In this document: piece after piece, positions 56,478-64,000 of the stretch
How the letters are laid out: every line of letters begins with the position of its first letter
Numbering within the stretch: the first letter of the stretch is position 1
From: an uncultured Bacteroidales bacterium
GTDB taxonomy: Bacteria > Bacteroidota > Bacteroidia > Bacteroidales > WCHB1-69
Length of the DNA: 64,000 bases
Assembly: GCA_900317715.1 (NCBI GenBank)
Contig: ONHS01000005.1
Span: 16,694 to 80,693 of the forward strand
Reading direction: 5' to 3'
Program-made: the position numbers and the translations under genes
The notes under the pieces: model-generated
Told to the model about the DNA's origin: nothing
Databases searched by the model: none
Seen by the model: only the letters and a program-made list of their open reading frames with translations

Positions 56478-57661
56478 TCCCCGTACATCTCTTTCTTCCA
56501 GCCATCAAATGCTTGGTTCCATTTTTCGGACAACTGTTTGCGGTATTGGTCGAAAAGGGCAGGATGCTCCTTTTGCAACACGATGTAATCATCAAAAAAA
56601 GCTTCCCACATCGCATCGGAATCCCCGTCTGGGAATCTCAATTGCCCCATACGCATATAGGCAAACATAATGCCTACACTGTCGGCGTGCGCGTATTGGC
56701 TTGTGGTAGTCCATAATTTGCCACCTTGCAACAACACCCAAATCTCAAATTCGTCATAGGTCACCGGGATAGTCCCCAAAACCACTTTTGCCGAGGGCTG
56801 ACTCTTTCCGTAGCCGTACTCTTTCAGATACCGCTGCAGCCGTCCGGAATAGGGAATGACATAGTCTTCCTCGTGGGTAAACCATTGCATATCCGCCTGA
56901 TATATAGCTTGTAAAGAATCATTCTCGGCCCAACCGCAAGTATAAACTTGCCAACCTTGACCCGAATGCTCATCTACGGGACTGAACTCGCCAGCGCCAA
57001 TGTCCAATCCTTGTGAATCGGGTATCCGGAAATCGCCCCAATTGCACTTCTCCATACGGGTGAGGTCTTTCGAAGTCCACACGCCCTCGTACTGGCGGTT
57101 GTCGTAGCCGTCGGCCAGACCTAACATAAAAGCATCGTAGTAGAACCGTCCGTTAACTTTCACGAAGTCGATCGTCATTTTGCCCGTCAGAATCCCGCCA
57201 CCGGAAAATTCGTCTTCGTCAAATTGGTAATGCCCGCACAGCTTCCCGAATTTACCCGTTGACGGTAGGTGCTTCCCTTTGTTCAGGCGCATAGAGTCCA
57301 GCGTGATGGTCCCGGAGAAAAGCCGGATAGTGTCGCGGTAGCGGGTGCGTCCCTCCACCTTATAGACTCCGTTGCCCATAAAACGGACGCTGTCGTAATG
57401 GATGTAGAACCGTTGGAAGTCACGGCCTCGATACCCGATGGGCTCGGACTCGGAAGTTTTTTCGATGAACATAAACTCATCCTTTTGGGAACAGTAGTCG
57501 GGATTTGTCAGGATGGAGTCTGGAATAATCACCCGCGAGAGGTCGGTATCCCGGAGCTCCTCCATCGTGACTGCTGTCGTCTTCCCGCCGATCTTGCAGG
57601 CAGTCAAGAAGAGCGTTGCCGACAGTGCTACAAACAGAATGCTTAAGATTCTCTTTGACAT
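56474..57661 (-). CDS. Hypothetical lipoprotein
   Basis: Lipobox LTAC; globular domain containing KCNWGDFRIP...LDIGAGEF.P. Confidence 0.75.
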   Translation of the reverse strand: MSKRILSILFVALSATLFLTACKIGGKTTAVTMEELRDTDLSRVIIPDSILTNPDYCSQKDEFMFIEKTSESEPIGYRGRDFQRFYIHYDSVRFMGNGVYKVEGRTRYRDTIRLFSGTITLDSMRLNKGKHLPSTGKFGKLCGHYQFDEDEFSGGGILTGKMTIDFVKVNGRFYYDAFMLGLADGYDNRQYEGVWTSKDLTRMEKCNWGDFRIPDSQGLDIGAGEFSPVDEHSGQGWQVYTCGWAENDSLQAIYQADMQWFTHEEDYVIPYSGRLQRYLKEYGYGKSQPSAKVVLGTIPVTYDEFEIWVLLQGGKLWTTTSQYAHADSVGIMFAYMRMGQLRFPDGDSDAMWEAFFDDYIVLQKEHPALFDQYRKQLSEKWNQAFDGWKKEMYGE

Positions 57662-57694
57662 AGTGGTTCGTTATTATCGAGGGCAAAAATACAA

Positions 57695-57809
57695 TTTTCC
57701 CGCAGAACCCACTGATTTACGCAGAAAAAAAGTCTGCATTAATCTAGGAAGTCTGCGGGAGAATTGTTCTTTCCCTGATGCTTTCGATTTTCAAAAAGTT
57801 GTATCTTTG
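57695..57809. repeat. 9-bp-period palindromic element plus promoter segment, copy 1
   Basis: TTTTCCCGCAGA...TCTGCGGGAGAA, then GCTTTCGATTTTCA and GTATCTTTG. Confidence 0.75.
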
Positions 57810-57836
57810 CCCCGAATTTTATGAGAAATAAACGGA

Positions 57837-58289
57837 ATGCATACGTTTCCTATGTGTAAACTATCATACTTCCCTAATTCCAACTATGTCGAGATTACTC
57901 TTGACCGTAAAGGGCTTCTTCAATTCATGGAGTTGTTGCGGAGCAAAAAGGGTAAATTGAATTTTCCGCTGTCAAATACCACATCGGATATGATAAGTGT
58001 CCGTTGTTTGGAGGTGATACCTGTCACAGCTGAGACGTTTTCTGGTACCGATTATCATATAATGTGCTTGTATGACTTGAAATCATCCACTGTTCAATTC
58101 CTGTTTGATGTGGATGGCTTCTCGGAGATGCAGTATATATTAAACTTCATTAATGAAACTGGTGACCACTTCCACATGTTTGCCGACTTTGACTTGTTTG
58201 TTGGCAAAGAGGAATCGGAGGCGATTTCGGTCATTAAGGCAGTGACAATCTATTTGCAAGAAGAACCGGTTTGTCAGTTATTTCAATAG
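57837..58289 (+). CDS. Hypothetical protein, possibly Imm32-like immunity protein
   Basis: Two I/F..D..G(L/F)..(M/L)..L units and a GDHFH motif; AT-richer than neighbours. Confidence 0.45.
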   Translation: MHTFPMCKLSYFPNSNYVEITLDRKGLLQFMELLRSKKGKLNFPLSNTTSDMISVRCLEVIPVTAETFSGTDYHIMCLYDLKSSTVQFLFDVDGFSEMQYILNFINETGDHFHMFADFDLFVGKEESEAISVIKAVTIYLQEEPVCQLFQ

Positions 58290-58393
58290 GTGATGCAATT
58301 TTCAGGGTGAAGCATCATATCCCACATTGTCCAAGATTTACTTTGAGGCTCACGCTTTTCAGCACCAATCTATGGGTTATACAGGATATTTTA

Positions 58394-58492
58394 TTTCCCC
58401 AGAACTCGCAGATTTGCTCAGAAAAAAGTCTGCGTTAGCCTGCGGGAAAACCATTCTGTCTTTCACGCTTTCGATTTTCATAGTGGTATCTT
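58394..58492. repeat. 9-bp-period palindromic element plus promoter segment, degenerate copy 2
   Basis: TTTCCCCAGAACTCGCAGATTTGCTCAGAAAAAAGTCTGCG...CTGCGGGAAAA, then GCTTTCGATTTTCA and GTATCTT. Confidence 0.7.
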
Positions 58493-58582
58493 CACAAATC
58501 CCGATTTTTTGTATTTTTGCGGCCTTTTTGAGACTCGAGACGCTCAGGAGTCGAAGAGTACTTGATAATTGCTTCCTTGAAC

Positions 58583-58684
58583 AGCCTCGAAGAGGCAAGA
58601 CGCACGAGGTGCTAATAACCCCACACAAGCGAAGCGCAGTGTGGGGTAAACAGGGACGAAAAGGGAAGAAGCGCAGTGTGGGGG
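58583..58684. repeat. REP-like two-hairpin element in the prfB leader
   Basis: GCCTCGAAGAGGC and CCCCACAC-AAGCGAAGCGCA-GTGTGGGG, with GAAGCGCAGTGTGGGG repeated. Confidence 0.6.
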
Positions 58685-58714
58685 CGACAACAACGATAAC
58701 AAATAAAGTAAGAT

Positions 58715-59798
58715 ATGACAACATCCGACCAAATCAAAGCGGTTCAAACGAGGCTCAGTGAGCTAAGGAGGTATCTTTGACGTAGATGCCAAAGAACAGG
58801 AAATTAAAGACAAAGAGCAAATAACCCAACAAGACGGCTTTTGGGACGACCCCAAGGCCGCCGAGAAGTTGCTGAAGGAGATCAGCAGCATCAAGGCGTG
58901 GGTGGCCGACTACTACAAGGCCGCCGAGCTGAATGATGAGCTGCAGGTGGTCAACGAGTTCCTGCAGTCGGGCGACGCCACGGAAGCGGAGCTCGACGAG
59001 GCCTACAACAAGACCATGGAGGCCGTGGAGAAGCTGGAGTTCAAGAACATGATGCGCGACGAGGAGGACTCCTTCGACGCGATTCTGAACATCAACTCCG
59101 GCGCGGGCGGCACCGAAAGCTGCGACTGGGCCGAGATGCTCCTCCGCATGTACATCCGTTGGGCCGAACGCCACAACTTTAGCGTGAAACTCCTTGACCG
59201 TCAGGAAGGTGATGTGGCCGGCATCAAGTCCGCCTCCATCGAGATCGGCGGCTCCTATGCCTACGGCTACCTCAAGAGCGAGAACGGCGTGCACCGCTTG
59301 GTGCGCATCTCCCCGTTCGACTCGGCGGCGCGGCGACACACTTCTTTCGCCTCTGTCTTCGCCTATCCCATTATCAACGACGACATCGAGATCGAGGTCA
59401 GTCCGGCGGACATCTCGTGGGACACCTACCGCAGCAGCGGTCCGGGCGGACAGAACGTCAACAAGGTGGAAACGGCTGTGCGCCTGCACCACCACCCCAC
59501 CGGCATCATCATCGAGTGCCAGGTAACCCGCTCGCAGTCGCAGAACCGCGAGAAGGCCATGCAGATGCTGAAGTCGCAACTCTACCAAATCGAGCTGGAG
59601 AAGAAACGCGAGAAGCTCAACGAGATCGAGAGTTCCAAGAAGCGCATCGAATGGGGCAGCCAGATCCGCAGCTACGTGATGCAGCCCTACAAGCTCGTGA
59701 AGGACTTGCGCACGCAATACGAGACCGGCAACGTCAACGCGGTGATGGACGGAGATCTTGACGGGTTTATCAAGGCGTATTTGATGCAATTCCATTGA
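58715..59798 (+). CDS. prfB: Peptide chain release factor 2 with programmed +1 frameshift
   Basis: ATG at 58715; AGGAGG-TAT-CTT-TGA-C at 58766-58781; the +1 frame contains SPF and GGQ motifs. Confidence 0.97.
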
Positions 59799-59831
59799 CA
59801 ATTCATAATTCATAATGCATAATTCATAATT
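59799..59831. repeat. (AATTCAT)n heptamer array after the prfB stop
   Basis: aattcat aattcat aatgcat aattcat aatt. Confidence 0.85.
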
Positions 59832-59844
59832 GGAGATGTATAAC

Positions 59845-61068
59845 ATGAGATTGTATTCCATCTTTTGGACGGTGTTGTGCCTGCTTTTTCCCGGCATATT
59901 ACTTGCACAATGGGGTAACCGTTATGCCGACCCTGTATTTGAGAGCATTTTGACAACCTCCGGAATCCCTTTCAGCAGCGCCGTGAAGGAGGGTCAAACA
60001 TCGCCCACCACCCTGTATCTCGATTTCTACGAGCCTTCCGAAGACACGCTTTCGGCCCGTCCGTTAGTGATTACGGTTTTCGGAGGCGCCTACGTGACCG
60101 GCAGTCGAGATTGGAGTGACATGGTGGAGTACTGCACCCGTTTTGCCGAACACGGTTACGTGGCAGCCTCTATCGATTACCGTCTGCTTCCGATAACGTC
60201 CCTCAACTCAAGTACTATTATCCGAAGTGCCTACATGGCCGCGCAGGATGTGAATTCCGCAATTCGTTTTCTGAAAGCACACTGTAACGAATATCGTATT
60301 GACACAAGCAACATCTTTCTTCTAGGCAACTCCGCTGGTTCCATTGCCATCCTGAACGAAATCTTCATGTCAAATGAGGAAAGGCCCTCGCAGACATTCG
60401 TTTCACCTGACCTGGGACCGATGAACAGCTGCGGGTATGACGAATACGCCGGCTTTTCATCCAAAGTGGCGGGAGCGGTGTCACAATGGGGAGGGGTGCT
60501 CGATGTTGAGGTCATCGACCTTGATGAATATGTCCCTCTTTGTCTGATTCATGGTACTGAGGACAATGCGGTACCCTACGATTCTGGTTTTTGTTACTCC
60601 AATTTGTCGTTATCTATCTTCCCGTATATGTACGGGTCACACGCTATCGCGAACCATCTTTCCGACCTCGGCATTGAAGACTACGAATTTCACCCATTCG
60701 AAGGAGAGGAGCACTGTTTCTATATCACGGCGTTCACCAATCTTATAGAGGATAAATTTGACGCATGTTTCCATATCGCCCGTGATTTTTTGTACAACCA
60801 TTTGGACACACATTTAACAACTGGGGTGTCCCATTATGAAACCGATAATGTCAAGATATACCCTAACCCTGCCTCTGACGTTTTGTTTGTTGAAGTGAAA
60901 GGAGGTGAAAGGGTAGCGAATATTACGTTGTGCGACATGCAAGGGCGAATTGTGAAGGAATGTGATGCTTCCCCCGTTTTCCTCGATCGTTTACCGTCGG
61001 GTGTATATGCTGTGCATGTGAAGACTTCTGACGGCAGAAAATTCATCCAAAAAGTGGTCGTCAAATAG
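59845..61068 (+). CDS. Secreted alpha/beta-hydrolase (carboxylesterase-like) with T9SS type-A CTD
   Basis: FGGAY, DYRL, GNSAG nucleophile elbow and HGTED motifs; IYPNPA...L.SGVY...KVVVK tail. Confidence 0.9.
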   Translation: MRLYSIFWTVLCLLFPGILLAQWGNRYADPVFESILTTSGIPFSSAVKEGQTSPTTLYLDFYEPSEDTLSARPLVITVFGGAYVTGSRDWSDMVEYCTRFAEHGYVAASIDYRLLPITSLNSSTIIRSAYMAAQDVNSAIRFLKAHCNEYRIDTSNIFLLGNSAGSIAILNEIFMSNEERPSQTFVSPDLGPMNSCGYDEYAGFSSKVAGAVSQWGGVLDVEVIDLDEYVPLCLIHGTEDNAVPYDSGFCYSNLSLSIFPYMYGSHAIANHLSDLGIEDYEFHPFEGEEHCFYITAFTNLIEDKFDACFHIARDFLYNHLDTHLTTGVSHYETDNVKIYPNPASDVLFVEVKGGERVANITLCDMQGRIVKECDASPVFLDRLPSGVYAVHVKTSDGRKFIQKVVVK

Positions 61069-61070
61069 CC

Positions 61071-61435
61071 ATGAAACGCCCTATAACCCAAACAATTCTC
61101 CTGATTGCGATGACGTTAGCGGCGATCGGCACCTCGCTGGCACAGCCCTGTGACCGCCGCGCTGATCTGAACGTGCTCCCCGGCGACCTGCTCTTCTTCC
61201 GCGACACGGAAGGGATGGGGGCTGCCGTGAAGGAGAGTACGGGGCAATACACGCATGTGGCGATGGGGACCGCCATCTCTTCGAAGCCAAACCCATGAAC
61301 TGGCGCAACGCCGACGGCAAGTTGCCGAAATATTGGAAAAATCATTTCAAGAAGTTGAAAATGCCCGTGCCGGAAGGCGTCATGGGCACGAACCCCACCG
61401 AGCTGTCGCGCTCGCCCCTGCTACGGAAATTGTAA
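61071..61435 (+). pseudogene. YiiX/YebB-like permuted NlpC/P60 hydrolase with internal deletion and frameshift
   Basis: N-part GDLLFF....Y.HVA; after about 61266 another frame gives LFEAKPMNWR...YW..HF....VPEG..GTNP..LS; the catalytic-Cys region is missing. Confidence 0.75.
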
Positions 61436-61462
61436 TGAATAATGCAGAATGTATAATTCATA

Positions 61463-62356
61463 ATGAAGAATGATATGAACCCAATGCGCATTTTCCTCGT
61501 TTTCAGCCTTGTTTTCTGTGGCGTTTTCTCATATTTTGCCACAGGACAGGTGGTGTATGGCGAGAATTTTGGGGTGAACCAGGACTCCACTCAACTTTAT
61601 GGAATACCGAAATGGGCTATTCATGGCGACAATGACCTCTCGTGGATAAAGGCGGAAATGACAAGCAACACGGAGCTCAAACGTCATGCTATCAGCATCT
61701 TGAAGCGGACAGATCCATATATTTCCGCTCTTGACACTGTTTTTGAGATGTCTTCGGATGAAATCGGTCAAATCTCTTTCATGCGCGATATCAACCACGA
61801 CGGAAAGCCCGATTTCACCTTGTACGGTATGTTGCCGTTCTGTAACGACAGGCCTTTTATTCTGATTGCACTCAATCGGGACAGTCTGTTTCAGGAAATA
61901 TTCCACCACGAAGGCGATTTTGTGAGTTGGCAAGAATCTGAAGACGCCACCCGCTTTCAGATTCTGGTCAGTGGTTGTTGTGAAGACCGGCACGGATACC
62001 TTTACGACTACACGAGTGCACAAGAAGACTCGTTGGCTTTCAGTGTTTTCTGGCAAAGCAATTCCCATCACCCTAATCACATTTATCCTTATAAAGCTGG
62101 GATTTTCCAACGCGATTCCGTCATTTTGCTGCCGGCTCCCGAACCTGCCGACAGCCGCAAAAACCACATTTCCTACCAATTCAATTGGGCTTTTCATGCT
62201 GGTGACGAAGTCCAGATTTTGTTTTCTCAAACTGAAAAGCACACCACCTGGTATTACGTGAGAACACCCGTTTCTCACCGCAACAACCCTGAGCGTTTTC
62301 CGCAAGCTGCTTTCGTTTACGGATGGGTGCTGAAATCAGATGTCCTTGAATTGTGA
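61463..62356 (+). CDS. Hypothetical secreted protein with DxNxDGxxD motif and SH3-like C-terminus
   Basis: Signal peptide; DINHDGKPD; G.EV.IL....WYYV....GWV. Confidence 0.6.
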   Translation: MKNDMNPMRIFLVFSLVFCGVFSYFATGQVVYGENFGVNQDSTQLYGIPKWAIHGDNDLSWIKAEMTSNTELKRHAISILKRTDPYISALDTVFEMSSDEIGQISFMRDINHDGKPDFTLYGMLPFCNDRPFILIALNRDSLFQEIFHHEGDFVSWQESEDATRFQILVSGCCEDRHGYLYDYTSAQEDSLAFSVFWQSNSHHPNHIYPYKAGIFQRDSVILLPAPEPADSRKNHISYQFNWAFHAGDEVQILFSQTEKHTTWYYVRTPVSHRNNPERFPQAAFVYGWVLKSDVLEL

Positions 62357-62497
62357 CGCTGATTTAGGTTGTCGCTTGTTTTTTGTTCAGATAGCGTGTG
62401 AATAGCGTATCTAACGAAGAAGAGTGTAAGAAGAAAGAGTTCTAGAATGAACCAAGAAGGGAGATAGCCGAATTACAGAAATCAGGAAGCCCGTTCT

Positions 62498-63484
62498 TCA
62501 ATTATTCTTATTAATCAGATTCACCACCACCTTGACCATCACATCCTTTTCCTCAGGATTGCTTTCCGCAATCATCAGGGTGAGAGCCACCAAAGTGTTG
62601 TCGGCGATGCGCTTGGTGCCGTCTTCGTGATAAAGGATGCCGTTGTTGTTGAGAAACCAAAGGAACAGTGTAGCGGCAATGCGTTTGTTGCCATCGCTGA
62701 ACGAGTGGTTCTTGGTGACCAAATAGAGTAACATAGCCGCCTTTTCCTCCACGCTGGGATAGAGATCATTACCGTCGAACGTCTGGTATATTTGGCCGAT
62801 GGAACTCTTGAACGAGCCGTCCTTCTCGTTGCCGAAAAGGGTACTTTCGCCGAAGCGCTCCTTGAGAGCCGCGATGGCTTGCTTTGCATTGTCGTACGTG
62901 GCCTGAAACTTCTCCTCTTGTGTGGTGTCAGCCACCGCCAACCGCTGATAGTCGTAATTGTCGAGCGTGTCGAGCGCGTAGGTGTAGTCAACCACAATAT
63001 CGAACAGTGCCTGGTTCTCATCGTTTTTCAGCAACGGCTGGTTTTGGATAGTCCTTCCCAGCATTTGGACAAGCTGCCGGAGTTCACCGATCTGTTTTTT
63101 CCGGATCTTTTCATTCACCACATAGCCGTTGATCAGATAGGCCTTCAGCACCGTGTTCGCCCACTTGCGGAAATCGACACCCCGCTGGCTCTTCACGCGG
63201 TAACCGACGGAAATAATGACATCAAGATTGTAAAGTGTCGTAAAATAGGTCTGGTCGCCGTCAACACCCATGTGTGCAAATTTTGCACATGTGGTCTCGA
63301 CATCCAGTTCGCCCTCTTTATACACGTTTGCAATATGTCGTGCTATAACAGAACGGTCTTTCTGGAACAAGTTTGCCATTTGGGCTTGCGAAAGCCAAAC
63401 TGTTTCGTTCTCTAAGCGCACATCAATAGCTGTTTTGCCGTCTTCGGTCTGATAGATAACAATTTGTTCTTCAATGTTTTTCAT
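62498..63484 (-). CDS. RhuM/Fic-Doc fusion protein
   Basis: ETVWL.Q.QMA.LF and YNLDVIISVGYRVKS..G..FR.WA (RhuM); HSFSDGNKR (Doc-type); start at 63484. Confidence 0.9.
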   Translation of the reverse strand: MKNIEEQIVIYQTEDGKTAIDVRLENETVWLSQAQMANLFQKDRSVIARHIANVYKEGELDVETTCAKFAHMGVDGDQTYFTTLYNLDVIISVGYRVKSQRGVDFRKWANTVLKAYLINGYVVNEKIRKKQIGELRQLVQMLGRTIQNQPLLKNDENQALFDIVVDYTYALDTLDNYDYQRLAVADTTQEEKFQATYDNAKQAIAALKERFGESTLFGNEKDGSFKSSIGQIYQTFDGNDLYPSVEEKAAMLLYLVTKNHSFSDGNKRIAATLFLWFLNNNGILYHEDGTKRIADNTLVALTLMIAESNPEEKDVMVKVVVNLINKNN

Positions 63485-63593
63485 ATTCTTTTTGTTTTTA
63501 ATGGGTGATGCGGCAAATATAATATTTTTTTGTTTTCTTTTGTAAGAATTTTTTATTTTAAATTTCTTACCGATACGGATACGACGGAATATG

Positions 63594-64000
63594 TCACGCA
63601 ATCGGATCCGCACAGAACTCCCGCCGTTTGCAAGCCTTGCAGTGTTTGCCAATCCACACGTCGTCGAACTGGTTCATCGCCTGTTCCACGATTTCGGGGT
63701 CGTCGGTGAGGATGCCCGCCTCGAAGTTTCGCTTGCCATCGGATTTCATGCCGATGCCCGCGCCCGTGAGATTCGCGCTGCCGATATAGACCTTCTGGCA
63801 GTCGAAAACCAGCATCTTGAAGTGTACTCGCGGACAGAGCACCCGCTCTAATCGGTCGAACAGGACGGGGTACTTGTCGAAGTCTTCACGGAAATTTGAG
63901 CCTGGTTCTTTCGCATGAATAAGGCGAACCTCAACACCACACTTGATAAGTTGGGCAATGAGCGCGAGAAACGGTTTCTTTTCTTTTCCCACTTCCACAT
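63594..64000 (-). CDS. Phospholipase D-like (HKD) protein, 5' end outside the window
   Basis: HFKMLVFD....IGSANLT and NFEAG motifs; C-terminal CxxC-x4-C. Confidence 0.85.
   Translation of the reverse strand, partial: VEVGKEKKPFLALIAQLIKCGVEVRLIHAKEPGSNFREDFDKYPVLFDRLERVLCPRVHFKMLVFDCQKVYIGSANLTGAGIGMKSDGKRNFEAGILTDDPEIVEQAMNQFDDVWIGKHCKACKRREFCADPIA

Noticed and set aside
3174-59897. Long antisense ORFs (e.g. 3174-4109, 12437-13342, 15113-16183, 31059-32024, 58755-59897)
   Set aside because: They shadow well-supported genes on the other strand and show no protein motifs; MNYEL-type starts are translations of the ATTATGA repeat.
1-64000. tRNA, rRNA, integrase, transposase, reverse transcriptase or prophage genes
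   Set aside because: None was recognised in the ORF set or the intergenic regions by eye.

Overview
This is a chromosomal window of a Bacteroidota genome, most likely Bacteroidales, judging by the many TAnnTTTG -7 promoter boxes and the type IX secretion (T9SS) genes. Positions 1-51.6 kb are mostly core genes: rnpB, dnaN, tryptophanase, recQ, the porP-K-L-M-N operon, two ECF sigma modules, crt-hbd, rnhB, rnr, a split rnfB-rnfC-apbE unit and transporters. Positions 51.6-64 kb form an accessory hotspot around prfB (which keeps its +1 frameshift), with orphan secreted proteins, Fic/Doc genes, a PLD gene, three gene remnants and two direct duplications of promoter regions that each bracket a cargo gene. 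The best candidate for an undescribed system is 28.3-33.2 kb: an ECF sigma factor coupled to a predicted anti-sigma with a cytoplasmic domain, one TM helix, a long Ser/Thr/Ala linker and a T9SS type-B sorting domain. It could sense T9SS/PorP status, and the por operon carries an ECF-like promoter. The intergenic DNA holds several repeat classes: GTAG-REP hairpins whose GTAG supplies a gene's TAG stop (three cases), a 60-bp two-hairpin element, many heptamer arrays and a 9-bp-period palindrome. All family assignments come from motif recognition by eye; no database searches were run.
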